A stretch of 64,000 bases of DNA from assembly GCF_009914755.1 (NCBI RefSeq), contig NC_060934.1; one strand, 5' to 3'. Position numbers and translations under genes: made by a program. This DNA comes from the human T2T-CHM13v2.0 reference genome, Homo sapiens. Shown piece after piece: positions 48,138 to 63,109 of this stretch; positions within the stretch are counted from its first letter, which is position 1, and each line of letters begins with the position of its first letter. Below the pieces are notes generated by a model, which ran no database searches, was not told the origin of the DNA, and worked only from the letters and a program-made list of their open reading frames with translations.

Positions 48138-49429
48138 AACACTGCTCTGTTGTCAATGAGTTTCTTCCTCTTGCTAACATATTAATTTGTATTTTCTGTT
48201 TACTTTTATTCTTTTTGCTTTTTTTTCTTTCTTCCTTTTCTTGGAGGGGTGAGTATTGTTACATTTTTATTTTTATTTTTTTCACTGATCTGGAAGCTTT
48301 AATTTATATAGCCTATTGTTATGACTATTCTTAATTTTTAGGGTATATTCTTTATATGAAATTTCTTTAACAAAACCTAAAGTGCTCTACTATTTCTGCC
48401 TTCTTGAACATGAGAAAGACCAAACTATCATTTAATTATTTTTTGGTCCTGAGTTACAGTTGAACATTTTAAAGAGTTTTAAAGTCAATATCTTGTTATG
48501 ATACTTGTAATTATTAAGTTTATATATTTCATTATTTTTCTTACTCACCATTGTTTTTTAGATTTTATGCTTTCCTTCTTGGTTCCCTTATCCCCTTGCA
48601 AAGGTTGACTCTTTAATCAATTTTTCTTTTATTTAGAAAAGATCTGTGGTGATGAGCTCCCATAGTACCTGTAAACTTAAAATGTTTTAAAATTGTTCTC
48701 ACTTCGAAATAATAATTTATCTGGTCATACAATTTTAGAATTTTTTTTTTTTAATTTCTAAGTACAGGGTGATTTTCCCTCTTTAGCTCCTGATATGTGC
48801 TGTAGTGACAGAGAAGTCTGAGTGCATGTAATGGTTTTTAGTTTAATGCAGATTTTAAAAATGTTTCTTTATCTTTGTTATTTGAAAATTTCAGTATGAT
48901 GAGTGCAGGAATGAGTATACGTTTAATTTTTAATGCTCAGAATGCACATATATCATCACTTGCAGAAATTATGTTATTCTATTCAAGTAATTCTCTCTTA
49001 CTCCCTCTAATCTTTTCATCTTGAGTTTCTATTAAACACAACTAATGTTCACACTCCATAACCTGACTCCTCCTTTTTATTTTCTATATAATTTACTCTA
49101 TTTTGAGTTACATTTCAGGGCTTCTGGTACATGAATTTTCTCTTTGACACTATGGCCAGTCTAGGTTATATTCTGCCTATTGGGCATTTAATTTAAAGTC
49201 TTAATTTATTTTTGTTTTAAGTGTATACTTGCTAATATTTTCTTATTTATTTCCTAGTGTATCTTAATATGTTTTTAATAGAATGTATTAGAATTGCATG
49301 AAATTTAATTTCTTTTTTCTACAATTTATAAATGTAATTCGTTTTTGCTGTCTTTAGCATTATATTTATATATTTTACTGTGCAGATTATTATTTTTTAT
49401 TTTTTTTTATTTTTTGGGGGTAGCAGTAA

Positions 49430-49893
49430 TATTATTATTATTGTTATTTATTTTATTTAAGTTCCAGGCTACATGTGCAGGATGTGCAGGTTTGTTACAT
49501 AAGTAAACATGTGCTGTGGTGGTTGGCTGCACCTGTCAACCCATTACCTAGGTATTAAGACCAGCGTGCATTAGCTATTTATCCCAATGATCTCCCTCCC
49601 CTCACCCCTCAACAGTCCCCAGTGTGTGTTGTTCCCCTTCCCTGTGTCTGTGTTCAAGTTGTTCAGCTCCCACATATAAGTGAGAACATGTGGTACTTGG
49701 CTTTCTGTTCCAGCATTAGTTTGCTCAGGATAATGGCTTCCAGCTCCATCCATGCTCCTGCAAAGGACATGATCTCATTCCTTTTTATGGATGCATAGTA
49801 TTCCATGGTGTATATGTACCACATTTCCTTTATCCAGTCTATCATTGATGGGCATTTGGGTTGATTCCATGTCTTTGCTATTGTGAATAGTGT
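49430..49893 (-). mobile_element. L1PA (older primate) 3' end
   Basis: ORF 49663..49845 is the ORF2 C-terminus; 3'UTR and A-tail present. Confidence 0.88.
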
Positions 49894-50880
49894 ACAGACT
49901 ATTTTTAAAAAGATTAATAGACTTTACTTTTTAGAATTACTCTTTTCAAACTGCTTTTTGCCTTGCAGGTGCCTTGTAATTTTTTGTTGAAAGTCAGGCA
50001 TGATTTACTGTGCAAAAGACATTAATGTAAATAGTGTAAGCTTTTACATTACGTTTATGCAGTTAAGGATCATATTATGCTTAGTATTTGCTGTAGCTGT
50101 AAATATCTGAGGCTAAAATTTGCTCTCATGTTCTTGTTTTTGTCTTTCTTGTTGTATTTGGGTTTCCTTAGAGACTTCTTTTTAAATAAACATCAGAGAC
50201 GTGCAGCAGTTTCAGTAGCATGAAGAAGCAATTCAGACTTTATTTTTGAAAATGAAGTTGTAAAATTATAGAAATCTCTTTATAAATCTGTGTTGTCATT
50301 GTTATTAAGTTCAAGAACAGCTCAAATTGGTTTTAAATATCAGATGGGGAAAAATTTATTTACAATATATTTATGTAAAACAAAATCCATAGGTGACGTT
50401 TAAAAGGACTGTAGATATCTCATACCTCTATGTGGCTTGGTAAGAAAGAAGACATTTTAAGTTGTATTTCCTAAAACTATAAAGGATTTTCTACAAAAAG
50501 TAAATCAAAAAATCATCCAGAGGGGCAAGAATTCTGGAAGGATGAAGAGAAATTCTTGATTAAAAAAAGGATTGAATTGTGATATTTAAAAGAAAATGGC
50601 AATAATTTGGTGGTATAGCAATTTGTATATGTAGGTTTCTTTTATAGGAATCTTGAATTTTTACAAAAGGGTGTTATCAAATTTTGATTATAGAAATTAG
50701 GAGATTTCTCTACATATTGGAAATAATATATAAAAATGAAAACCTGTTATTTGTAGTTGATGTAATCATTTGAAAACGCTCTATCCTTTTAAGTAAAATA
50801 TTTGTGTTTTAAGTCTAGTTTTGAAAACTTCAGAAATGTAATAGTTTTAGTCAGACAGAAAGAAGCTAATGTTTTCCTAA

Positions 50881-51108
<228 letters not shown>

Positions 51109-51656
51109 TGAATCAATGAAGTTTCTAACTCTTGGCAACTTGTGTTTCGATTTCTCAGTTGCGCATAGGCTTTTATTCTTTAACTTGACTTTACTTGGTA
51201 TACTTTTAAAAAGAATGATTAAGAAACTAGGATAGGGGACACTCTCATGTACAAAAGTTAATGTGATAACTTGCCCAATATTATTTCATAAAGTTTTCAA
51301 AATTCATGGAAGTATATTAAAGAAACTATAGATCTAATAAAAATGGGATAGCTGAGATTCTGTATTATGAGCTCTGTATTGAAGCTCTGATGTGATCTGT
51401 TTTTGACATTACATCTGTATATCATTAGAACTATAAATATAATGGTTAAAACTTACTTGTTTGGGTAGCAGTAGACATAATTTTTAAGACTGGTAATTAT
51501 TGATTAAATATTGAACAATGGCACACTGGGTAGAGTGAGTCCATTCTTCTTCTCTCTCTCCTTGTCCAATATGCTCGATGAGTTCTAAAGTGTAAAGCTG
51601 GGTGAGTACTCCAATTAGTATAACAGATAAAAACAAACTGACAGCTGATTCCATAG

Positions 51657-52400
51657 TATAGGAAAACACCCTGCTTTTTCTACTCTTACGCACTCAGCAC
51701 TCCCAATATCTCACTTCTGACACCAGATGCATGTTTTTTTTCCAACACAGCAATTCAGTTCTCTAGTGGACACCAACTGAGTGTCCTTTGATTTGCCTCA
51801 ATTCTGACACTGCTACATGAAGATAGTACAGATTCCACAGGTTGAGGTCTCAGGCCCGCAAGACTACCCCTACTTCAGATGTCAATCACAAGCTTCCTAT
51901 TGTGCCTCTTACCTACCAGCTATAAATTGGAGTTCCCATGACCCCCTTCTTAGGTTTGATAATTTGCTAGGATGGCTCACAGAATTCAGGAAAACACTTT
52001 ACTCATGTTACCCATTTAGTATTAAAAATGTAGATGAACAACCATATGGAAGAGATGAATAGGGCAAAGTATGTGGGAAGAGGGGTGGTGCTTCTCTTCC
52101 ATGCATTCCCAGGTGTGCACCCTCTAGGAACCAAAATGCGTTCAGCAATCTAGAAGCTCTCTGAAACCTGTACTTCAGGAATTTGTATAGAGGATTTGTC
52201 ACATAGGTATGATCATTTATTAGCTCAATCTCCAGCCCCTCTCTTCTTCCCCAAAGAGGTGGGGCTGAAAGTTCCAAGCTTCTAATCATAGCTTGATCTT
52301 TCTGGTGATGAGTCCCATAAGATTCCATTAACATCCCTATTGATTAGGAAATTAACAGGTTTTTGGGAACTATCTGCCAGAAACTGGAGATGAATAAATA
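51657..52400. mobile_element. MER21-family LTR
   Basis: cacttctgacaccagatg...caattctgacact...caagactacccc.acttcagatg. Confidence 0.7.
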
Positions 52401-52710
52401 TATTCATAATAAATAATATATAATGTATAATTATATGTAATATAATATATAACAAATAATATATTTATTATTTTATGTATCCAGATTTATATGATTCACA
52501 TAATTACATCTATATGTATGTGAGATGACTATAGATATATATCTCTACACATCCATATAGATATAAATATATAGATAAATATGGATGTCATATATATATC
52601 ACATATCTGTAGATATGTGGATGTGATATATATATATATCTCTATCTCCCCACACATCCATATACACACATATAGATATATAAAGTAATATACATATGTA
52701 TATAAATTCT
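52400..52710. repeat. AT-rich low-complexity tract
   Basis: TA-rich, with acatccatata and its inverse atatggatgt. Confidence 0.75.
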
Positions 52711-53335
52711 TTTTTAATTGGATGAGATATAATTTTCCTGGCATTCTGGAACTTGTTATGTTTTTGTGTTTCTTGCAATAGTACTTTGTAGTCACTGCCC
52801 TGCAATCTATTTAATATATTTCATTCCATTTGGTAACGTGTGGGGGGAGGAAGAAAAGGGGACAACATCTCCCTATCCTTCCTGCAGCATTACAAACTGT
52901 CCAGATACGTGGGATCAATTTTACCAAAAAGGAAGAGAGAAAAAATTTAACTGTATCCACGTATGTTCCACCATTCATGCCTCAATATTTCAGTTGCTGT
53001 CACCTGTGCTGTTTGAACCAATCCCAGCAAGCCTCCATGCAATCTACAACATTCTATAATTTCCAACTCCTTCTTCAATAAAGGCATAGTAGAGAAATTC
53101 TAGAATAATTTCGATGAGTTTAAATTACAGTTCAAATGGTTAAATTATATATGTGGACCTATGGTAATGCTTTTCAGATGACAGATAATTAATTATTTCA
53201 TGAAAATTGAATGAATTTTTAGCCTAAATTTAAGTGGAAATTTGTATTATAATATGGTCTAATCCTGAGGATTATTTTAATCTGCTCTGAAAATGAGTGA
53301 TGTATTTTAAAAGTTTCAATACATGTAGAATGGAA

Positions 53336-53446
53336 TTGTGTATTTAATTATGAATGTATGTATTGTGTATGTAATTATGAATGTGTATATGTATTTTGTA
53401 ATTATGAATGTATGTATTTAGTATGTATGTAATTATGAATGTATAT
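53336..53446 (+). repeat. Minisatellite, 27-31 bp period, four copies of the core taattatgaatgt
   Basis: Cores at 53345, 53372, 53399 and 53430. Confidence 0.85.
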
Positions 53447-55616
53447 AGATTGGAATTACTGAAAATGAGCCATGCCATTCTTCTGGTGGCTTTAGAACCA
53501 TACAAGAAAAGAGTGAAAACAAATTGGCTTCAAGTGTTACATCATATAAAAATGACGTTAGATACCACACATCATTAACTCTATTAATCAGTAATACAGT
53601 TATCAAGATTCTGTCTCTCATATTATAAGAAAAGAAGTTAATCATAGGGAAATGATCTAGTGTATTAACCAGAACCAAATGGATGTACATCTTAGAGATT
53701 GTTGACTGATGTTTGATTTGTTAGTATCCTGTGAGGTGTCCTGTCTTTTCTGACACTATTTGCTATCCTCTATACATATGTTGCTCGCTGATGCAAAATC
53801 TGCATCAAAGTACATTTAAGTCCCAAGTCAATGTTTTATCACACACTTAAAAGGACTCCAAACCTATCATTTAAAAAAGTGGCTCTTGATGAAAATGATG
53901 ATTTACATCTTTCCATGAATAGAATGCTGTTTTGTGTTGCGAATATCTATTACTCTATAAATGTGAGGAGATAAGCCAAGAAATATCTAGCAAGAATGCT
54001 GAAGGTTGTTTTCTTTATTTCCAGAGGACATTAGAACTTGAGAAGTGAAAAACTCAGGTGAAGGCAAGTTGTTAAATAAAAAGTTCACTCTTTAGAATCA
54101 GCTCAAGTGTGTAGCAATTATAGTTTGTACCATCTAACCATTATTGGGTTAGATCTGCGTCCATGATCTATAAAATAATACTCATAGCAACAGCCTACTT
54201 TTGTTCTGTGTAGGGTTTCCATGTAATTATTTACCAATAAATTTACATGTAATTTTTCTTTACAACCAAATTTACTTGTAATTCTTTACCAAATTACATG
54301 GTCTTATTCCTAGATGCGATCAAAAGTAGTGAAACTCAACAACATTGACTTTGGTACCCTTGATTTCTTCACTGGAAGAGAAAAGCATAGACTGGCATCT
54401 CTAAGAGATAGAGTGTTAATAAATATGTTAAATATTTTTCTTGAAAGGTAAATCGGCATTATTGATCCTGGACCGGTGGAGCAAAGATATATTTTTTAAA
54501 AAATTATTTACTGATTTTAAGATAAAAGTAGAACATCACTTGAAAAGCTTTGCTGAGTTGGAGATTTCTTTTTTACATTAACACCTGTGAAAAGTAACTA
54601 GAAAGTGGAAGAGTAAGAACAGAAATAAAATGAAACCTGATTTCACTTAGAATAAATTCTTTTTACAAAACATTGCTAGTGCCATCAGACTGGAAAATGT
54701 ATAGAAAAATCTAGATCTCATTCACTGTGTACTATGAACTTGGCTTATGAAAAACCATTTAAGTTTGGAAAGAACACTGCTCACTTTTCAAAAATGTAAG
54801 TGCACCCATCTTCAGGGGGAGCAGAGGGGAATCAGTCACTGTGAAATAAGAGCACAATAGCTCTAAATTATTTTCATAAAATGAAAACGGGGAAAGTGGT
54901 GAATGCAATTTGCCAAGAGGTGTCACTAAAAGCATCTGTGTAGGGTGATGCTAAATAACTGAAGTTGTGTAAGAAATAAGCAGAAGAAAAATTAGTTGCT
55001 TGTCTCAACTTTTTATAACTCCAGTTCATCCTGATCCGCCATGAAAGCTATCAGCCGAAAATATGTCCACCCCGTGTGCTTCACTGTCTTGTGGAAATCT
55101 TCACAGTTGATATGAATAAGTAATGAAGTAAATTGTAATGGATTTAGACTATCTTCTGAAATATTTAGGTCTTCGAAATTTGGAGTAAGCATTTGAGGGT
55201 GCAGGACTAAGTTGAAAGTAGATTCATTTTTAGAAAATCTTGGGCATGCATAAATTATGTGAGGCTGAGTGAGGACACAAATATTGATATCAAGTATCAT
55301 TTGGATTAAAACAAGATGTTGCCTTTCAGGGCCGTTTTCTATCTCATGCTAGAAAGTGGGACAGAGCCAGGCTCAGAGCTCAACCTGAGACATAATTATG
55401 TCAATCTTCACATTTTTACCATATTGTTACCTAAAAATTCATGCATTCTATATGTAAACATTATGAACAATTTGTTCTATTTTTGGGAAGAAATGTGAAT
55501 TTGAATGTCTAATAAAATGTAAATAAAAATAAGATTTCAGAGCATAAAAGCATCAACATAAATCATAAAGACCAATGCCATACATGCCGTAGACAAAATT
55601 TTGAGTACCTTATAGA

Positions 55617-55827
55617 CTTTTTTATTTTATTTAGTTTTTTTGAGACGAATTCATGCTCTGTCGCCCAGGCTGGAATGTAGTAGTGGTGGCATCTTGGCTC
55701 ACTGCAACCTGCGCCTCCCAGGTTCAAGTTATTCTCCTGCCTCAGCCTCCTGAGTAGCTGGGATTACAGGCACCCACCACCACGCCTGGCTAATTTTTGT
55801 ATTTTTAGTAGAGATGGAGTTTCACCA
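55617..55827 (-). mobile_element. 5'-truncated AluS
   Basis: Alu match; TSD-like atagactttt on both sides. Confidence 0.9.
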
Positions 55828-56474
55828 TAGACTTTTATTGAGTTTCTTACATTCAATACATGTTTTGAATGCAGTAAAGGCTTGTTACTACACTCATAGC
55901 ATGTAGTAACAATTTTACATAGATTTTGCAATCTGAAAAATGATCATTGTACAGGTACATAACATAGATTTCTCTAAAAGATGTAAATAGGCCTTTGATA
56001 GAATGACCAAATTAAGAATATAATTTTCAGAATGTATCTGTATTGTTTGGAATTTGGACCAAATGTTTCCACAGGAAAAAATATTTAGTATAAATTGAAA
56101 TTGTGCAGAAAATGCATCTGACAACATTTTTAACCTTTATATTGTTTGCCTGTAAACGTTTTCTTTTCTAGTATCATGGCAGTATTACAAAATGTAATAA
56201 TGTTATTGAGTTCAACATTTTAATTGCTGATCTTATTAACTGTTATTTAGAATTTTATTTTTGAAACGCAGTACTGTTTTTTTAAAAGATTTCATCCAAA
56301 TTTTTGTTCCATCCTAATACTGTTTATCTGCAAAAAGCAGCTTTACTACATAAACATGCTTCATTTTCTTATTTTTTAATGATATTCAGCTTTTTCAATT
56401 TTACTACCAAGACTTTAGATTTCCTAGTACTTTATATCATACAGGTAAGGTAATACCTACTACAGTGTAATTAA

Positions 56475-56639
<165 letters not shown>

Positions 56640-57117
56640 TGAAAGAAAAAAAAAAAGTATTTTTTTATCATGGTTTAAGTTTTAGCTTTGCAGTAATAAA
56701 TTGACCATGCACTGCTAAAGTTAAATTAGCAGTTAAGTTAGGGATGCGTGCTTGTATATTTGGGGAGAGTGATTGCTTACTTTTTAAATTGTACCTTTTC
56801 CTTCTGAGACCAAATTTCCCATGGCGGGGGAAATTGAGTGTCTCCACTCTCGTTCACAGCTTCCTCACTCTCCGCAGCCTTCCTTTCTTGCTCCCCAGCA
56901 CCATGCTGTGCCCCAGGGAAACAAATTGCATTATGAAGTAGGTAAATAGTAAACTGGTATTGAAACTTAGTAGAGTATAGGCAAATGTTTTGAATGCAAT
57001 AATTCATATCTTTATAACACATGGAAAGCTCTATGTACACCAAGAAACATATGAAACATACATAGGCTCAATAGGAATGCTGTCTCTTAAAAAATTAAAT
57101 TGATATTTTGTGTTGTA

Positions 57118-57212
57118 TTAGGTTGGTGCAAATGTAATTGCAGCTTTTGCCATTGTGGCTTTTGCCATTGCTTTTAATGGCCAAAACCTCAATTATTTTT
57201 GCACCAACATGA
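57118..57212. mobile_element. MADE1 (Hsmar1-derived MITE) with a 15-bp internal tandem duplication; TA TSD
   Basis: ta|ttaggttggtgcaaatgtaattgc...aattatttttgcaccaacatga|ta. Confidence 0.9.
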
Positions 57213-57844
57213 TATATGGAATGTGTAAGTTTATGCTGGAGTGTGAGTATAAAATGATGATACTGATTATATGTGTGGGTTATGAAGGCAACTTCATTTC
57301 TTTATAGTGATATTCCATTTATACATCCTATCACAGCCTATTGAGTTAACATTTTGACACTATTTAATTTTCATAGGCTGATATCTGTTTTTATAACTTC
57401 TCAGGTACTAAACAAGTTTCTTTTTTTATAAACTGAAGATTAAATTTTGTTTTAACTCAAAGATAAAACAAAGTAAAATGTAAAGAAAATGAATTTGAGA
57501 GTTATTCCAGGTTCTCAAGTGGATATGTAATGTAATTAGCTGTTCAATAATTATAGGCCTTTGAGATCTAAGTTTAAAACCATCAATTTTTGAACCTCAA
57601 ATTGATATCATTTCTGCATTTCTGATCTCTTGCTGCTATGAAAATATACAGCTATACATTAATAATTTTTACATGTATGATATTCATTATGGGAAAAGTA
57701 TGTAGCAGCATACAAAGTTTTCTTATTGTTGGATATGATTTAAATTTAATATTATTTTCTAAACCAAATTATTAGACATATTTGCAAACTGAAAATCTGA
57801 CCTTAAGTAATTATTAATGAACAAACAAATATATATCCCTCGTA

Positions 57845-58138
<294 letters not shown>

Positions 58139-58244
58139 ATCCCTCATGTTTTGAAAAGAAAATCTATTCAGAAACTTTAAGCTGGATGAAACTGAAGGAA
58201 GTCAATTTTAATTCTTAGTATCTGGCTGGAATTTTAACCACATT

Positions 58245-58442
58245 TAGTGCTGTTTAATAGAACTTTCTGCCTAATGGAAATGCTTTATATCTGATGTCCA
58301 GTATGGTAGCCACTGATCACATGAGGCTATTGAACAATTGAAATTTGGCTACTATGACTGAGGGAACTAAATTTTATTTTATTTTCATTAATTTGAATTG
58401 AAATAGTCCTCTGTAGCTCATGGCTAATGTTTTGGACAGCAA
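58245..58442. mobile_element. MER3-like hAT DNA transposon
   Basis: gtgctgt..aatagaactttctgc..aatggaaatg...tatggtagccact...ttggacagc. Confidence 0.75.
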
Positions 58443-59200
58443 ATAATTGGTTATCTGTGATACAGTCAGCTATTTATACTTCTGCACTTTTGGTGTTAAG
58501 TAATAATTGCTCTTGGTAGAAACTCAAGGAATGCTAATACTTTGACATTATCTTACACTTGACCAGCAATGTGTGGTTATTTCATTTGCTAATATTGCTT
58601 ATCTCCAGAAAAGCTAGCAATTCAATTGGTGACAACAAAATTTATTTACTTTAATTGACACTTCTTTTCTCATTAAAGAAATTACTCTTTTATGTAAGTT
58701 GAATAGAGTTTTATGTTTATTCCCTTACATTTTTTTATTCCTATATTGTGTCTGTTTCTGTTTGCCTGATATTTTTCTTCATGTATTCAAATACTAATTT
58801 CACTAGTTAAAAAATAAGTCAGATGCAGTTACAGCTCTTGTTCTATAAGTAATGACAACACTTCTTATTTTCCTTGAAAATGAAAGAAAGAGAGCTGTAA
58901 AGATGATGACCAAGTAACAAGTTTGCAGTCAGGGACATTTTTTATAGTTAGGTGGGATGCTTGTTTTTTGCCTGATCCTGGGAGGTTTCTCTGAGCCTTT
59001 AGTGGAGCAAATGTTTCCATCAGTTTTTTTTTTTTTTAATACTTTAAGTTTTAGGGAACATGTGCACAACCTGCAGGTTTGTTATGTCAGTCGTATGAGC
59101 ATGGGTTGAGGTTATCAAACAGGAACTTTGTTATATATTGCCTTGGTTGCTTTAAACACTTTTTCTCAATAACTACTTTGTCTTTATCAACCTTCTTTAG

Positions 59201-59470
<270 letters not shown>

Positions 59471-59883
59471 TGAGTGAATGGCTTACTAGTTTACATGCTC
59501 TAATTCAAGACTGTTAGTTGGATTTAAAACAGTCTTTGTTTCTATCAAGGCAAAGGTAAGTCATATGTATGAAATGTGATAAATATGCATTATCGCTCTG
59601 AAACTATTAGTACTATGCCTTCAGGGATCTCTATTTTAACTTAATGTTTTGGTGCTTGTTGCAAAGTCTGCAACATCTCTCAATTTATTCTACAAATGAA
59701 TAGTTGTGATTATTGTTGGCTGGGTGTGCGAATGTGTGTGCTTTGATTAAAGAGAAGATGGGTGGTAGAAGGAAACTTTTTGTACCTTTGCCTTGGAGGC
59801 ATATAGTATGGGTTGCTAACTTTTATTGTGTATGCTTTTTTCCTCTCTAGTCAATCATCTTGGAAGCTGTAGCTGGGAGGGAT

Positions 59884-59987
59884 GAGTAGGAGGAGGGTGG
59901 CCCTTCCTCCAGGGCAGCTACCATGATTGTAGAAATCACTTCAGCCATCATGGCTGCCCTGGAGGAAGGGCCGCTCTCCTCTTACTT
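59884..59987 (+). repeat. Unique-sequence inverted repeat forming a long hairpin
   Basis: 59884-59918 pairs with 59953-59987, and 59922-59927 pairs with 59947-59952. Confidence 0.9.
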
Positions 59988-60007
59988 GCCTAGAAAACAC
60001 TTCAGCC

Positions 60008-60314
60008 AGCCGGGTGCAATGGCTCACACCTGTAATCCCAGCACTTTGGGAGGCTGAGGCAGGCAGATCACAAGGTCAGGAGTTCAAGACCAGCCTGGCC
60101 AACATAGTGAAACCCCCGTCTCTACTAAAAATACAAAAAATTAGCCAGGCGTGGTGGTGGGCACCTGTAATCACAGCTACTTGGGAGGCTGAGGTAGGAG
60201 AACTGCCTGAACATGGGAGGTGGAGGTTGCCGTGAGCTGAGATCATGCCATTGCACTCTCCAGCCCAGGCGACAGCGTGAGACTCCGTCTGAAAAAAAAA
60301 AAAAAAAAAAAAAA
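60008..60314 (+). mobile_element. AluS with TSD agaaa(a/t)cacttcagcc
   Basis: TSD at 59992-60007 and 60315-60330. Confidence 0.93.
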
Positions 60315-61051
60315 AGAAATCACTTCAGCCATGACTGGCGTTTGGGAGGGCCAAAGTGCCCCAACACCTTTCTTTCAGGCCTTTTCTGAAGAGTCTTTGA
60401 TAGAAGTGATGACAAGAGATCCCATTACTATTCAAGCATAGTCATAGTTCAACAAAAATATAATTTAATTTACAATCCACAGGATGATTCTCATATGAGG
60501 TAACTTAGCAACTGAGATCCCTGTGTCTCTTTAGAAAACATGAATTCCAAGGATATGAATCCAATTTCTGTATCACAAACAGGTGGTTTTTAAAAGATAT
60601 TAAAAATTTGACGTTTATTTTACTGCAGTGTCTTATTTTAGTGAGATATTTTGTTGAGCAGAGGTGAAAATATTATAATAAGATAAATGCCACCTTTTAA
60701 GTGAAAAGCTCTGTATAATTGGTTTCTCTTGGGAAGCTTGGATTTTATTAAGAGCAACGCGGAGGGACACAGGAGAGAGGAGATGAGAAAGTAAGGCTAA
60801 AATCCCCTTCTGCCATGTTCATCAACAGCAATCCAGTTAATACTTCAGCTTTAAACCAAGTAATCGGCTAACCAGTGTGAGCTCAACGGAGCTTTTGGGC
60901 TGCTCTCTTCTTTTGTTCAAAACAAACGATGTAAGAGCAATTTATTTACTCCAATGTATGTGAAGTTTCTTTCTATGTTTTATTTAAATTTTTTACAGAC
61001 AATTTGCTTCATTTCTGTTGGGGAAATATTTCTTTCTAACAGTTTCTATAA

Positions 61052-61451
<400 letters not shown>

Positions 61452-62434
61452 TAGTAAATCATACTTTATGTTCACCTTTAAAAAATTGTTTAGCATTTGA
61501 TTTTCGACATATTTTCTCATTTATTGAAGTTTCATTGATTATGTATATGACATTTTTCCAATTCAGTAGATCTTGATGCCATATTCTGCTATTTTCTTTG
61601 GGTGAATGCAGGAATGGGTAATTGTGTTTCTCAACAAAAACAGTGTTACTTATTAGTCTTTTAAGTTTTTAAATAGTGTAACCTCATTTGTCCAAAGAAA
61701 ACCTGTCATGTTTGCATGATTGAGATGGACTTGATATAGGGAATATGTCATAAAAATGTAGCCATATTGCATACAGTATATATGTGTATTCATGTATTTT
61801 GATACCAAAATGAGTGTTTCATGTAAATATATATACAATTATGTATGCTGTGAAATTATATAGATTTGGATTATTAGAATTGATATAAATTTACACTATT
61901 TGCTGCACTAAAGTATTTAATATATTTGTGCATATAGACACGTGCATATGTATATTCTTACAAAATAAAAGAGGCTTTCCTTTGAAATTTAAAACCATAT
62001 TGAAACATTTTACACATATGAAAACATTTGTATCTTACAAATTTGAATTTGTAATATCAAGTTTTTTTCATAAACGATTCTTCCATGTTCATGAAGCACA
62101 AGAAAAATACCTTTATATCTTTTTTTTCTTGCACTTTAGAATGAATCTCTAGAAGGGTATAGCTTGTGCAGGCAGTTTGAATAGCACCAGGAATACTTAC
62201 CAAATTCTGGAGAATGAGTAAATATGAACTCGTGAGGATTGTCAGTTGGTATTCCACAGCCAGTGTGCTTTTCCCCAAAGGCAGACTCACTCAGGTCTTC
62301 TGTCATTGTCAAGTTGCCCTTACTTTTCGGTATTATTTTAATATATGGCATAACATAGCCTCCAGACCGGTGGCTCTTCAAAATCAGTTAATAAAAACGG
62401 CCTGTGGGTTTTGCTGCAGCAGCAGACTCCATGG

Positions 62435-62570
62435 ACCAGAGCATCAGCATTACCTGGGAACTTAGTGGAAATGCAGAACCTCAGGCCCTGGCCCAGCCTT
62501 ACAGAACCAAAAGCTACATGGAACAAGGTCCCAGGTGACTTGTCTGCATATGAAACTTTGAGAACCACTG
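62435..62570. mobile_element. MER5A fragment
   Basis: agcatcagcattacctgggaacttagtggaaatgcagaa.ctcaggccc...tttgagaaccactg. Confidence 0.8.
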
Positions 62571-63109
62571 TACCAAAGAGGCTTGAGGAAGGAAGACAGC
62601 TAGGGGAAGAAACAGATGGCATCTAAAAAAATTGATAAAAACTAAAGGCAAACAAGTCAGAGTTCTCTCAGGGTAGAAGCAAAAACTCTGTTTACTTTGC
62701 TAGTCCTTAAGAGCATCAATATTAATAAAATATTTATAATGTGTATTTGTAATGTATATTAACACAATATTTATAATATAATCCTGTTAGAATCTAATAT
62801 ATTCTCATTAAATGAAATATTCCCCATTCATTTCCCATACATAGCTTTCTTTCTTATTTCACAGAGAGCTGATTAACTTCTGGAGGATTCATAAAATATT
62901 TTGCTTTTCATGATCCAGAATTTTTCCCAGCTGCACAATGAAATTCTTTCTTGTCTGCTCATATGCTGTAGTGGTTAAATATGCAAGAGAAAGCTTTGTC
63001 ATGATCTTAAAATATTACTTTAACTGATGAACTGTGAGTAAAATTTCTCTAAAACCAAACAATAGATTTTTGATGTTTATTAACATAATCCTGTATTAAA
63101 TGAGGGCAG

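Noticed and set aside
53336-53446. Repeat-spacer-like pattern suggesting a CRISPR array
   Set aside because: Eukaryotic intron, spacers are short and mutually similar, no cas genes; it is a minisatellite
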